Assembly: GCA_964444415.1 (NCBI GenBank)
Contig: CAYUHE010000003.1
Coordinates: forward strand, 26,296 to 90,295
Direction: 5' to 3'
Source of the DNA: an uncultured Gammaproteobacteria bacterium
Lineage (GTDB): Bacteria > Cyanobacteriota > Vampirovibrionia > Gastranaerophilales > CAJFVJ01
DNA: 64,000 nt
Shown in pieces: positions 16,676 to 27,343 of the stretch. Position 1 is the first letter of the stretch. The number at the start of each line of letters is the position of its first letter. The translations under genes and the position numbers were made by a program. The notes under the pieces were generated by a model. The model worked only from the letters and a program-made list of their open reading frames with translations, did no database searches and had not been told where the DNA came from.

Positions 16676-17759
16676 AAAACGTTCTTTTATTACAGGTGGC
16701 GGAACAGGTGGGCATATTTATCCTGCTATTGCTATCTATGAGGAGCTTTCAAAGTTTGTTCCGAAAGAAGATATTTTTTATATAGGAAACTCGAAAAATC
16801 TTGAAAAAAGGGTGAGCGAGCAGTACGACATGAATTTTTTAGACGTCTGTGTGTCAGGAATGCCGAGGGCTTTCACTTTGAAATTTATTTCGTGGGTATT
16901 TAATCTTGTCGTTTCGGTTTTTGTTTCACTTTATTATGTTTTAAAATATCGCCCCAGTTTTATTATTGGAACAGGCGGTTATGTTTCTTTTCCTGTCTTG
17001 ATGGCAGGGGTTTTGCTTGGTGTGCCTTGTTATATTCATGATTCTGATGCCTATCCAGGTATTGTATCAAGGTTTATGGCTCCTTTTGCAAAGTGTGTAT
17101 TTTTGGCTTTTGAAGATGCTAAAAAACGTATTACAGCAAAAAAAATTATTATTAACGGCAATCCTTTGAGAAATTTTAATGTAGGGTTATCAAAAGAGGA
17201 TGCTATAAGGAGTTTGGGCTTAGATTTCAATAAAAAAACACTTTTTGTTATGGGTGGTTCTCAGGGCGCTAAAACCATTAATAGAGCTATTTTAGCCCTG
17301 TCAGAAGAATTGACAAGAAATTATAATTTACAGATTATTCATCAAACAGGTACAAAAAACTTTGATGAAGCCCAAGACCTTTTGCCTGGTGGGATAGATG
17401 GGTATATTTTAAGGCCTTATTTTGATGATATGAGCATTCCTTATAGTGCTTGTGATTTTGTCGTCGCGCGTTCAGGTTCTATAAGCCTGTCAGAGCTCAA
17501 TAACTGTGGTTTGGGGGCTATTTTGGTTCCGTATCCTCATGCAGCGGCCAATCATCAGTTTTATAATGCCAAGGCAATGGAAAAGCAATGTGCTGCAATA
17601 GTTTTGGATGACAAAGACTGTTCGCCTTCAAATCTTTTAGAAATAATTTTGAGCGTTATTCAAAATGAAGAAAAACTTAAACAAATGAGTCAAAATTCTG
17701 CCAAATTGGCTAAACCTGATGCAACAAAAAATCTGGTTAAAGTTTTACTCGAGATGTGA
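16668..17759 (+). CDS. murG: Undecaprenyldiphospho-muramoylpentapeptide beta-N-acetylglucosaminyltransferase
   Basis: GGGTGGHIYPA N-terminus and C-terminal GT28 domain. Confidence 0.9.
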   Translation: MSEKRSFITGGGTGGHIYPAIAIYEELSKFVPKEDIFYIGNSKNLEKRVSEQYDMNFLDVCVSGMPRAFTLKFISWVFNLVVSVFVSLYYVLKYRPSFIIGTGGYVSFPVLMAGVLLGVPCYIHDSDAYPGIVSRFMAPFAKCVFLAFEDAKKRITAKKIIINGNPLRNFNVGLSKEDAIRSLGLDFNKKTLFVMGGSQGAKTINRAILALSEELTRNYNLQIIHQTGTKNFDEAQDLLPGGIDGYILRPYFDDMSIPYSACDFVVARSGSISLSELNNCGLGAILVPYPHAAANHQFYNAKAMEKQCAAIVLDDKDCSPSNLLEIILSVIQNEEKLKQMSQNSAKLAKPDATKNLVKVLLEM

Positions 17760-19241
17760 TTTATTCTGAATTCTGCCGTCTAATTTGATTTCAATATTGT
17801 TCGAGTCTAGTTTTTTTGTATAATCTTTGGCGACTTTTTCTTTGCCAAAGTCATATTTTTCAAGAATTTTCGTTTGTTTCAAAGTCGGGTATTCAGAAGT
17901 ATTTATTAAAAATTCATCTGCTATGGCAATAAATTTTTTGTCATCGGATGGATTTTCATTGTTTAAAGGAATTGAATTGCCTTTTTTGTCTTTGAACGCT
18001 ACATTTTTAATTTGTCCTTTTTCATCAATAGTGTAGCTGAGCCCGGAAACCTGCATGATTCCTGGTTTAAGCATTTTATCATTGACTGATAATGCACCGT
18101 CTTTGAGTGTGTTAATGATTTGTTTTTCAGAAATCTCTACTTTAACGAGATTGTTTTCAAAAGGAACCAAATTATCTATATCAAATGAAGTCAGTTTGCC
18201 TTTTTCCAGCTTGCCTCTAACGCTTGCGCTATTTACGAAAGCTATATCGGCATTCAGTTCATTTTTCATTGAATCGCCGAAGAAATCCGCATAAGGATTT
18301 TCAAATATTTTGGGATCACCTTCCATTTTATCGACTCGTGTTATTGTTCCGAGCTGTTCTGATTTGCCCAAAATCCTTTCTTGGAAGAATTTTACAACAA
18401 GATTTTTGGGTGAATCTTTGGTTGATTTGACATTGTTTGTAGCTTCTATTATTTTGCCAGTTTCATCAAAAGTAATATCCAGTTTTCCGATATATTCGCC
18501 ATTTTGTCCTGCTTGAAGTATCACAACAGGGTTCCCATCAGGAGCGGTTATTATATTTTTATCGTTTTTGGTCCCTTTGACCAAATCATGCGAGTGCCCG
18601 CCGACAATTACATCAATCCCGTTGACTTCTTTTGCAAGCTGAAGGTCGATAGCGTAGCCGATATGAGAGAGCATGATTATTTTGTCCACGCCTTGTTCTT
18701 GAAGTTTTTTTACTTCGAGCTGAATATTTTCTTTGGTTTTTTCATATTGCTCAACATCTAAATTAGCCTCATGAAGGTTTTTGGATTGGTTCAATTTGAA
18801 TGGTGCAGCACCGATTAAGCCGTATTTATGCCCATTTTTTTGTGCAATAGTTGAGCTTACGATTTTGCCTTCATCTATGTATTTGTCAAAGGGGGTATTG
18901 CCAGATTTTTTCATATTTGATACGACAAACTTGGTATTTGTATTGCACAAATTATCCTCTAATGTATTGATTGAATCGACTTCGTGATTGCCTATAGCTG
19001 AATATTCAACTTTTGAAATATTTAAAAATGATGATACGAGTTTGTTTTTTTCTTTGTTGTGCCCGATGAAGCTATCTCCGCCTGCAAGAATGAAAGAATC
19101 TACATCTTTTTTGTCTTTAGTATTCAGCTCAAATGTGTCCATTTCACTTTTGAGTTGCTGCATATAAGGTGTCTGTGCGTGCAAATCATTCAAATACAAA
19201 ATGGAAGTATGAATATTTGGTGAGTTCGGATTTATTTGCAT
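17745..19241 (-). CDS. Bifunctional metallophosphatase / 5'-nucleotidase family protein
   Basis: NDLH, GGDSF, GNHE and GGHSH metallophosphoesterase motifs plus a C-terminal nucleotidase domain. No obvious signal peptide. Confidence 0.8.
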   Translation of the reverse strand: MQINPNSPNIHTSILYLNDLHAQTPYMQQLKSEMDTFELNTKDKKDVDSFILAGGDSFIGHNKEKNKLVSSFLNISKVEYSAIGNHEVDSINTLEDNLCNTNTKFVVSNMKKSGNTPFDKYIDEGKIVSSTIAQKNGHKYGLIGAAPFKLNQSKNLHEANLDVEQYEKTKENIQLEVKKLQEQGVDKIIMLSHIGYAIDLQLAKEVNGIDVIVGGHSHDLVKGTKNDKNIITAPDGNPVVILQAGQNGEYIGKLDITFDETGKIIEATNNVKSTKDSPKNLVVKFFQERILGKSEQLGTITRVDKMEGDPKIFENPYADFFGDSMKNELNADIAFVNSASVRGKLEKGKLTSFDIDNLVPFENNLVKVEISEKQIINTLKDGALSVNDKMLKPGIMQVSGLSYTIDEKGQIKNVAFKDKKGNSIPLNNENPSDDKKFIAIADEFLINTSEYPTLKQTKILEKYDFGKEKVAKDYTKKLDSNNIEIKLDGRIQNKSHLE

Positions 19242-19332
19242 ATCTTAAACCAACATTCTCATTATAATTGAACAAATGCCAAAAATAATTAGAATTGCCA
19301 GAAACGTTAAAAATATTCACAAACTGAAACAA

Positions 19333-20439
19333 TTAAAAAGCTTTTTTGATATACTCAACTGCTTTTATGATTTCTTTTTCTTTTATATCATCAAAAATAG
19401 CTACTTCACCTTGGGCCGTAGGTAGGATAAACCTGACTTTTGAATTGACTACTTTTTTGTCATAAGCTGTGGCTTTGGCTACTTTTTTTGCGTCTATGCC
19501 TGGCTTGCGGATTATTTCATATTGAATAAGAAGCTCCAAAGCTTCTTGCATATAGTTTGCATCTATGAGATTTTTATCCAGAGCGAGCTTGAAAGCACCA
19601 ATCATACCAAGGGATATAGCCTCACCGTGGGTAAATTTTTTGTAATCGGTTGTTTTTTCAATGGCGTGGCCGATTGTGTGTCCAAGATTCAAGATTGCTC
19701 TCAATCCTGATTCTTTTTCATCTTTGCTCACAACTGATGCTTTGAGCTTACAGCAATATTCTACGAGTTTTTCGAGGATTATACTGTCAAAATTGTAGAT
19801 AGCAGCTTTATTTGCCTTCAAAAATTCAAAAAGATTGAGATTTTCGCCAAGTTCGCAGCTTTTTTCGATGAAAGCATATTTTAAAACTTCGCCTAAGCCT
19901 GTTTTCAGTTCTTTTTCGGGAAGGGTTTTGAGTGTGGATGTGTCGATGAGGACAAGTTTTGGCTGATAAAAGGCTCCTAGCATGTTTTTGCCGAGAGGGT
20001 GATTTATGGCGACTTTTCCGCCGATTGAAGAGTCCACCTGAGCTAGAAGAGTTGTAGGAATTTGAATAAAATCAATCCCTCTAAGATAAGTGGCTGCTGC
20101 AAAACCAGCTGTATCACCGATTACACCGCCGCCTAGTGCGATGATTGCATCTTTTCGTTCAAGTTTGAATTTGAGGGCTTTGTCCCAAATTTTTTGCAAA
20201 GAGCCGATATTTTTGTGTTTTTCGCCATCTTTGAGGATAATTTTTTCAATTTCAAAATGTTTTAAACTCGCTACAAGCTTTTGGTAATAGAGTTTGTAGA
20301 CAGTTTCATTTGTTATGATGAGAAGCTTTCTTGCTCTGGTTGCTTTTTCGATATAAGTTGAAGCTTTGCCCAAAATTTGGCTGCCTATTTCAATCGGGTA
20401 GGAGTTATCAACGGTTTTTTTAAGCTCAACTTTTAACAT
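19333..20439 (-). CDS. aroB: 3-dehydroquinate synthase
   Basis: GGGVIGDTAGFAAATYLRGI and LNLGHTIGHAIE motifs. Confidence 0.9.
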   Translation of the reverse strand: MLKVELKKTVDNSYPIEIGSQILGKASTYIEKATRARKLLIITNETVYKLYYQKLVASLKHFEIEKIILKDGEKHKNIGSLQKIWDKALKFKLERKDAIIALGGGVIGDTAGFAAATYLRGIDFIQIPTTLLAQVDSSIGGKVAINHPLGKNMLGAFYQPKLVLIDTSTLKTLPEKELKTGLGEVLKYAFIEKSCELGENLNLFEFLKANKAAIYNFDSIILEKLVEYCCKLKASVVSKDEKESGLRAILNLGHTIGHAIEKTTDYKKFTHGEAISLGMIGAFKLALDKNLIDANYMQEALELLIQYEIIRKPGIDAKKVAKATAYDKKVVNSKVRFILPTAQGEVAIFDDIKEKEIIKAVEYIKKAF

Positions 20440-20929
20440 TTTTTATAATCTCATTCACTATTTCATCGGTTCTTTTAGTATCTGTGCATACAATTATATC
20501 AGCTTTTCGATAATTCCCTTCTCTTTTTTTAAGCAATTCTTTGAGAGTTGCCAGAGGGTCTGGGTTCTGCAGGAGTGGCCTTGATACATCATCTTTTAGG
20601 CGTTTAAAAAGCACTTCGGGGCGAGTTTTAAGGTATATTACCGTATAATTTTTTCGCAAAAGTTCAAGGTTTTCTGAATTTTGAACGGATCCGCCTCCTG
20701 TAGAAATTATCTGATTGAGTTTTGTTGAAAATTCTTTTAGTGCTTGGGTTTCTAGCTCTCTAAAGAAGGATTCGCCTTTTTGGGCAAAGATTTCAGAGAT
20801 TGTGGTTTTTTCTTTTTTTTCAATTTCTGCATCGATATCTACAAAATCCATATTGAGTTTTTGAGCAAGCAAATTACCGATTGTAGTTTTTCCTGAACCC
20901 ATTAATCCAATCAGGGCAATGTTTTTCAT
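20426..20929 (-). CDS. aroK: Shikimate kinase
   Basis: GLMGSGKTTIG P-loop. 167 aa. Confidence 0.9.
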   Translation of the reverse strand: MKNIALIGLMGSGKTTIGNLLAQKLNMDFVDIDAEIEKKEKTTISEIFAQKGESFFRELETQALKEFSTKLNQIISTGGGSVQNSENLELLRKNYTVIYLKTRPEVLFKRLKDDVSRPLLQNPDPLATLKELLKKREGNYRKADIIVCTDTKRTDEIVNEIIKNVKS

Positions 20930-22092
20930 TTATTTTGACCTGTATAATTTCTGTAATTATTTTCAATTTCTGATATTGAATCACAGCCGAATTTCTCTAA
21001 AATCAGCTCTGCTAAAACATTTGCAGCCATAGCTTCTGCCACGATTGCACAAGCCGGAACAGCGCATACATCGGCTCTTTCAACGTGAGCCAAGTGTTCT
21101 TGACCTGTCAAAAAATCAACAGAACGTAAAGGGGTTGTCATTGTTGGGATTGCTTTCATTGCTGCACGGAGAATAATCGGTTCACCATTTGACATACCGC
21201 CTTCTATTCCGCCTGCATTATTCGTTTTTCTTTGCAGCCCCGGCAAAATTTCATCGTGCATTTTTGAGCCTGAAAGCTCTGCTACTTTGACACCTGCTCC
21301 AATTTCTATGGATTTTATGGCAGGAATACTCATGACAGCCTGTGCTAAAAGTCCGTCAAGCCTTCTGTCCCAATGTACAAAAGACCCTAATCCGATTGGA
21401 AGGTTTCTTATTACTACCTCAAAATATCCGCCAAGCGAGTCGCCTTTTTCTTTTGTTTCATCAATTAAAGCTTTCATTTTTTGCTCAGTTTCATTATCAG
21501 GGCATCTGAGTTCAGATATTTCGGCTTTTTCTTTTATTTGGTCATAATTTTGGTTGTAATCATTTGGGATTTCAGGTACTTTGACCTCTCCGATTTGAAT
21601 TACATAAGAAAAAATCTCAATATTGAGATATTCTAAAAGGATTTTTGAAAAAGCCCCTACAGCCACTCTGGTAGTGGTTTCTCTGGCTGATGAGCGTTCT
21701 AAAACATTTCTTATATCTGTATGATTATATTTTGTAGCCCCTGCCAAATCAGCATGCCCAGGGCGAATTGCCGTGATTTTTTTACTGTCGGCAATCGGCT
21801 GATTTTCTTCAGAAATAGGTGTTGTAGACATTGGAATTGTCCAATTTTCCCAATCTTTATTTTCTATTTGAATACAAATAGGGGCGCCTGTAGAGATTCC
21901 AAAACGTACGCCGGACAAGATTTTTATAGTATCAGTTTCGATTTTCATACGCCCACCACGACCATAGCCGGATTGTCTTTTTGCAAGCTGTTGGTTTATG
22001 AAATCTGTTTTAATTTTGATACCGGCAGGAAATCCCTCTATTATGGCATTTAGGCATTGCCCATGGGATTCTCCTGATGTTAAATATCTCAT
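20926..22092 (-). CDS. aroC: Chorismate synthase
   Basis: MRYLTSGESHG and RPGHAD motifs over the full length. Confidence 0.95.
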   Translation of the reverse strand: MRYLTSGESHGQCLNAIIEGFPAGIKIKTDFINQQLAKRQSGYGRGGRMKIETDTIKILSGVRFGISTGAPICIQIENKDWENWTIPMSTTPISEENQPIADSKKITAIRPGHADLAGATKYNHTDIRNVLERSSARETTTRVAVGAFSKILLEYLNIEIFSYVIQIGEVKVPEIPNDYNQNYDQIKEKAEISELRCPDNETEQKMKALIDETKEKGDSLGGYFEVVIRNLPIGLGSFVHWDRRLDGLLAQAVMSIPAIKSIEIGAGVKVAELSGSKMHDEILPGLQRKTNNAGGIEGGMSNGEPIILRAAMKAIPTMTTPLRSVDFLTGQEHLAHVERADVCAVPACAIVAEAMAANVLAELILEKFGCDSISEIENNYRNYTGQNK

Positions 22093-22276
22093 TTTTGCTA
22101 TCCTATTTTATCCAAAATCTTATTTAAAGATAGCATTTCAGCACCTAAATGGCAAATTTTAGCTTATTTTTTTAGACCATGATTTGTTCTAGGTGGGTAA
22201 TTTTAAAACTTATACCTTGCCATATAATTGCGTTTGTACTTTGGATAGAGATTTAAATTGTAAAAGTAGATAATTT

Positions 22277-23659
22277 ATGAATATAAAAAATATTTTCATT
22301 TTATTTTTGATTGTATTGATTTTGAATCATTGTAATGCCCCTGTATGCTTGGCTTTTTGGTTTGATAATGACAAATCCGCACCAACTGATTTTTCATACA
22401 AATTTGATTATATAAATATTGATTGGTGGGAAAATTTTAACGACCCAATTTTGAAATCTTATATTTTGAGGGCTGTGGAGAGCAATCAAGATTTGAAAGT
22501 TGCCACTTTGAAGACTGAAGAATACAGGCAATTTGTCAAAATGACTTTTGGGCAGGAACTTCCTGAGCTTTCTATGGGGTCAAATTTCACAGCGTTTAAA
22601 ATTCCTTTCTCTAATGATAGGTCATTGAATATTTCTGACAGCGGCTACGTTTTGCCTTTCACGGTCAAATATGAGGCTGATTTGCTTCGCAAAAATAATG
22701 ATAAAACCAAATCGGCAAAAAAACAGCATGAGGCATCAAAATTTCAGGAAAAGGCGGCTTATATCGCCATTTGTTCTTATGTGGCAACGGTTTATTTGAA
22801 TATTGTCAAAAATGACAAACTTATTGCTATTCAATCAGAATTGTCGGCAATCAAAAAAGAACAGCTCAGGCGAATGGTTTTCAGGTATTCTCAAGGGCTT
22901 GCTTCTGTTATGCAGGTCAATATTTATGAGGGAAATTATAAAACTTCAAAAAATGATTTGGACAATTTGATAAAATCACGAGATGTGATGCTTAATGAAT
23001 TAGCTGTTTTGATTGGGGAATCGCCTGAATGTTCGCAAAATCTGAAGCGAGCAAATTTGGATGAAATTGAATTTATAGGGGAAGTGCCGGATTGTATTCC
23101 ATCAGATGTGATTTTCTCAAGACCTGATGTTTTATCGTCAGAGGCTCAACTGCAAGCTTCACAAATTGATGTGAGAGTGGCTCGTAAAGAGCTTTTGCCT
23201 ACTTTTAATATCAACGGAAATTTGGGCTTCAATACTTTTACGACAGACCCATTTTTCAGTTGGAGTGGGACTTATGCTTTGCTTTCAGCAGGCTTGACTC
23301 AGACATTATTTGCCGGTGGGCGTAGAATTGCCAATTTGAGAATAAAGAAAAATTCATATGACCAACTTTTTGAAACTTATAAACAAACTTCGCTAAAGGC
23401 AGTCCAAGAAGTCAATGACAGCTTATGCACTATAAAATTTGATAACTCTATTGATGCAGAAAATATAAATAAATTAATTTTGGAAGAGGATAATTTTGCC
23501 CGTTCATCCAGAAAATATCAAAATGGAGTGATTTCTTGTCCTGAACTGCTTAATGAAAAAGAAAATTTGATTTATGTCAAAAATCAACAAGTGCAAAGCA
23601 AAACAGCACGATTAGTCAATTATTTAGGGCTTTATAAGGCGGCTGGGGGTCAGGTTTGA
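22277..23659 (+). CDS. Outer-membrane efflux factor (NodT/TolC family)
   Basis: Signal sequence with Cys, DWWENFNDPIL, and two TolC-type repeats. Confidence 0.8.
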   Translation: MNIKNIFILFLIVLILNHCNAPVCLAFWFDNDKSAPTDFSYKFDYINIDWWENFNDPILKSYILRAVESNQDLKVATLKTEEYRQFVKMTFGQELPELSMGSNFTAFKIPFSNDRSLNISDSGYVLPFTVKYEADLLRKNNDKTKSAKKQHEASKFQEKAAYIAICSYVATVYLNIVKNDKLIAIQSELSAIKKEQLRRMVFRYSQGLASVMQVNIYEGNYKTSKNDLDNLIKSRDVMLNELAVLIGESPECSQNLKRANLDEIEFIGEVPDCIPSDVIFSRPDVLSSEAQLQASQIDVRVARKELLPTFNINGNLGFNTFTTDPFFSWSGTYALLSAGLTQTLFAGGRRIANLRIKKNSYDQLFETYKQTSLKAVQEVNDSLCTIKFDNSIDAENINKLILEEDNFARSSRKYQNGVISCPELLNEKENLIYVKNQQVQSKTARLVNYLGLYKAAGGQV

Positions 23660-24540
23660 TTAAGGAAAGAATCAAAAAATATAAATGGTGGATAATTTTT
23701 GTAATCCTTGTCATCGTTGCGTTAGAGGTTATTCCTATTGCTAAAGAGTATTTTCGTAACAAAAATGAATTAATTTTGTATGGAAATATCGAAATTCGTC
23801 AGGTTGATTTAGGTTTTCGTGTAGCAGGGCGAATCCAAAAAATGTTTTTTGAAGAAGGTGACATTATCAACGAAGGTGATTTGCTTGCTGCTTTGGATGA
23901 TACACCTTATTTGGATGCTCTACATCAAACTAAGGCAATTGCCAAGGCCAGAGAAATTGTTATGAAGAATGCCGACATTAATTTTCAGCGAAATTACCCT
24001 CTATGCTTTGACACCACAATTTCAAAGCAGCAATGCGATGATATTTTGACTCAAAAAAAACAAACCCGAGCTGAATATGAGGCAGCTGTTGCTCAATCAG
24101 AATCGGCGAATACGGATTTTAAGGATACAAGAATTTATGCCCCTTGCGATGGGGTTGTGATGACAAGAATTCAAGAGCCCGGGGCGATAGTTTCGCCTAC
24201 ACAAGTTGTTTATTCTGTCGCAAAGTCTAAGCCTGTTTGGGTTAGAGCGTATATCTCCGAAAAAGAATTAGGGCGTGTAAAATATGGTATGCAAGTCAAA
24301 GTTTATAACGATTCTCGCCCAAATAATCCTTATGTGGGGTGGATTGGTTTTATTTCGCCTGTGGCTGAATTTACCCCAAAAGAAGTTGAAACTGCGACTT
24401 TACGGACGGATTTAGTTTACAGAATTCGGGTTTATATTTATGATGTGGATGAATATTTGAGGCAAGGAATGCCGACTACAATCAAAATTGATTTAAAGAG
24501 TAAATTGCCAACCAGAAAGGTTGTTAATGAAGATAGATAA
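23656..24540 (+). CDS. HlyD-family membrane fusion protein (YbhG-like)
   Basis: N-terminal TM segment and a lipoyl-like motif VAGRIQKMFFEEGDIINEGDLLAALD. Confidence 0.8.
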   Translation: MIKERIKKYKWWIIFVILVIVALEVIPIAKEYFRNKNELILYGNIEIRQVDLGFRVAGRIQKMFFEEGDIINEGDLLAALDDTPYLDALHQTKAIAKAREIVMKNADINFQRNYPLCFDTTISKQQCDDILTQKKQTRAEYEAAVAQSESANTDFKDTRIYAPCDGVVMTRIQEPGAIVSPTQVVYSVAKSKPVWVRAYISEKELGRVKYGMQVKVYNDSRPNNPYVGWIGFISPVAEFTPKEVETATLRTDLVYRIRVYIYDVDEYLRQGMPTTIKIDLKSKLPTRKVVNEDR

Positions 24541-26239
24541 TGTTGTTGAAATCTCTCATTTGTCCAAAAAATTTCTTTATGCCTCTGATTTTGCTTTAAA
24601 TGATTTGAATTTGGAGCTTTTTCGAGGAAATATTATAGGACTTATTGGACCTGACGGCTCAGGCAAGACGACTCTTATTCGAAGTATTATAGGACTTTTA
24701 CTGCCCACGAGCGGTTCTATTACGACTTTGGGGCTAAGTCCGACTACAGAAAAGAACAAAATAAATCAAAATATCGGCTATATGCCTCAAAAATTCGGGC
24801 TTTACGAAGATCTTTCGGTTATCGAAAATCTGGTTCTTTATGCAGATTTTAAGGGGCTTAGCGAGGAAGATAAAAAATCGAGTTTTAAAACCTTACTTGA
24901 TTTTACAGCTTTGAATGAATTTCAGAATCGACTTGCGGGGGATTTGTCAGGAGGAATGAAACAGAAGTTGGGCTTGGCTTGTGCTCTTTTGGGGCATCCT
25001 GAATTTTTGCTTTTGGATGAGCCGTCTGTCGGTGTTGACCCGATTTCGAGGCGAGAATTGATAAAAATGGTCAAAGAGCTTTCTTCTGAAGGAATGACGA
25101 TACTTTGGTCGACGGCTTATTTGGATGAAGCGGAGCATTTTGATACCTGTATTCTTTTGAATGAGGGAAAAATTCTCTATAGCGGCTCTCCTAATGATTT
25201 GACGCAAAATATGATTGGAAGGACCTTTGTTACGCAAGATTCGGAAGGCAAAAACAGAATTTTGCTTAAAAATATTTTAAAAGGAGGAAAAGGTATTACA
25301 GATGCCATAATTCAGGCTGAAAAAATCAGAGTGGTTTTGGATAAAGGCATAAAAAGCTTTGATGATTTGATTTTGACACCTACGGAGCCGAGATTTGAAG
25401 ACGCAGTTATTGATATGCTTGGCGGTTGCCCCAAGGGTGAATCAGAGTTGAGCAAAAATCTTGAACTCAAAAATTATAACCTTGAATACGTCATCGAGGC
25501 AAAGTCTTTGGTGAAAAAATACGGCGATTTTTATGCTGTTAAAGACAATACTTTTAAGGTGAAAAGAGGGGAGATTTTTGGGCTTTTAGGTCCAAACGGT
25601 GCAGGTAAATCCACTTCTTTTAAGATGCTTTGCGGGCTTATTACACCGACTTCCGGTAGGGCTCAAATTATGGGTATGGATATTCAGTCAGATTTGTCAA
25701 AGGCACGTTCGTATCTAGGGTATATGGCACAAAAATTTTCGCTTTTCGGTGGACTTAGCGTTATGCAGAATTTGAGGTTTTTTTCAGGTGTTTATGGGCT
25801 TAGTGGGGCTGTGCAAAAGGATAAAATTGATCAAATGATTAATATTTTCAATTTTCAAAATTATTTAGGTAAAAATGCAGAAGAATTGCCGCTTGGTTTC
25901 AAGCAAAGATTGGCATTAACTTGCGCTCTGATGCATAATCCGTCGATTTTATTTTTGGATGAGCCGACATCAGGAGTTGACCCTTTGACGAGGCGTGATT
26001 TTTGGAACCATATTAACTCGTTGGTCGAAAAAGGTGTTACTGTAATGGTTACAACGCATTTTATGGATGAGGCTGAATATTGCGACCGCATAAGTCTTTT
26101 TTATAGAGGCGAAGCCATAGAAACAGGCACCCCAAGCGAGCTTAAGAGCAAAGTTTCAAAAGACAGCACAATGGAGCAAGCTTTTGTTGCTTTGATTGAA
26201 AAATTTGACCGAGAAAGAGTGGAGGGATTGATGCAATGA
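24527..26239 (+). CDS. ABC transporter ATP-binding protein with duplicated ATPase domain (YbhF-like)
   Basis: Two Walker A motifs (GPDGSGKTT, GPNGAGKST) and two LSGG signatures. GAAAGG lies 6 nt before ATG 24527. Confidence 0.85.
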   Translation: MKIDNVVEISHLSKKFLYASDFALNDLNLELFRGNIIGLIGPDGSGKTTLIRSIIGLLLPTSGSITTLGLSPTTEKNKINQNIGYMPQKFGLYEDLSVIENLVLYADFKGLSEEDKKSSFKTLLDFTALNEFQNRLAGDLSGGMKQKLGLACALLGHPEFLLLDEPSVGVDPISRRELIKMVKELSSEGMTILWSTAYLDEAEHFDTCILLNEGKILYSGSPNDLTQNMIGRTFVTQDSEGKNRILLKNILKGGKGITDAIIQAEKIRVVLDKGIKSFDDLILTPTEPRFEDAVIDMLGGCPKGESELSKNLELKNYNLEYVIEAKSLVKKYGDFYAVKDNTFKVKRGEIFGLLGPNGAGKSTSFKMLCGLITPTSGRAQIMGMDIQSDLSKARSYLGYMAQKFSLFGGLSVMQNLRFFSGVYGLSGAVQKDKIDQMINIFNFQNYLGKNAEELPLGFKQRLALTCALMHNPSILFLDEPTSGVDPLTRRDFWNHINSLVEKGVTVMVTTHFMDEAEYCDRISLFYRGEAIETGTPSELKSKVSKDSTMEQAFVALIEKFDRERVEGLMQ

Positions 26240-27342
26240 AAATCCTCAGCGCTCTTATTACCAAAGAGTTTTATCAAATGATTAGAGACCCGAGTACGAT
26301 GCTTATTGCATTTATTTTGCCGTTTATTTTGCTTTGCGTGTATCAATTTGCATTGAATTTGGATACAAATACAGTCTCGGTTGGTTTGAAAGTTGAGGAT
26401 AATCGGGCAAAAATCAGCAGTTTGATTTCTTCATTTGAAAATACTGAATATATCAGGCTTAGAAATTATGAAAGTCGTCAGGGAATGGAAAAAGATATGG
26501 AAAAAGGCGTGATTAGAGGGATGATTATTATTCCAAATAATTTTTCTACCCAAATAATGAAACATGAGGCGGCACAAATTCAAGTGATAACCGATGGTTC
26601 AGAGACAAATACCGCCAATTTTGTTGCGAATTATGCGGCTGCGATTATACAAAAATGGCTTAATAATGAATATAAATATTGGAGAGTGAAAAGACCTATG
26701 GTACAAGTTGTGTCTAGGTTTTGGTACAATGAGGAGCTCAATAGCCATTGGTTTATTTTGCCGGGGGCTTTGTCCATAATTATGACTCTTGTCGGAATAC
26801 TTTTGACGGCTTTGGTGGTTTCTCGTGAGTGGGAGAGAGGCACTATGGAGTCTTTGATAACGACTAAGGTTACAAAAACCGATATTTTGCTGGGGAAGTA
26901 CATCCCGTATTTTTGTCTTGGAATGGCTTCGATGGCATTTTGTGTTTTTTGTTGCGTGGTATTATTTCAAGTTCCGTTCAGGGGTTCTTATCTGGTTTTT
27001 GCAATGGTTTCAACCTTTTTTCTTCTGACTTTGATAGGTCAGGGGCTTTTGATTTCGACTCTAGCCAAAAATCAGTTTGTAGCGTCGCAAGCTGCACTTA
27101 TTTCGGGCTTTTTGCCAGCTTTGATGCTCTCTGGGCTTGTTTACCCGATTAGTTCTATGCCAAAGCCTATACAATTTTTGTCCGATTTCATTTCTGCAAA
27201 GTATTTTGTCGGGTGTTCCCAAAATCTTTTTATGGCCGGCAATATTTGGGATATTTTTATTCCAAACAGTATTTTTATGATTTTAATGAGTGCTGTATTT
27301 TATATTTTAATTTACAGATTTACGGCTGAGAGGTTAGATTGA
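26236..27342 (+). CDS. ABC-2 type transporter permease
   Basis: The start overlaps the ATPase stop. The fold is an N-terminal TM segment, a large loop and five TM segments. Confidence 0.8.
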   Translation: MKILSALITKEFYQMIRDPSTMLIAFILPFILLCVYQFALNLDTNTVSVGLKVEDNRAKISSLISSFENTEYIRLRNYESRQGMEKDMEKGVIRGMIIIPNNFSTQIMKHEAAQIQVITDGSETNTANFVANYAAAIIQKWLNNEYKYWRVKRPMVQVVSRFWYNEELNSHWFILPGALSIIMTLVGILLTALVVSREWERGTMESLITTKVTKTDILLGKYIPYFCLGMASMAFCVFCCVVLFQVPFRGSYLVFAMVSTFFLLTLIGQGLLISTLAKNQFVASQAALISGFLPALMLSGLVYPISSMPKPIQFLSDFISAKYFVGCSQNLFMAGNIWDIFIPNSIFMILMSAVFYILIYRFTAERLD

Positions 27343-27343
27343 T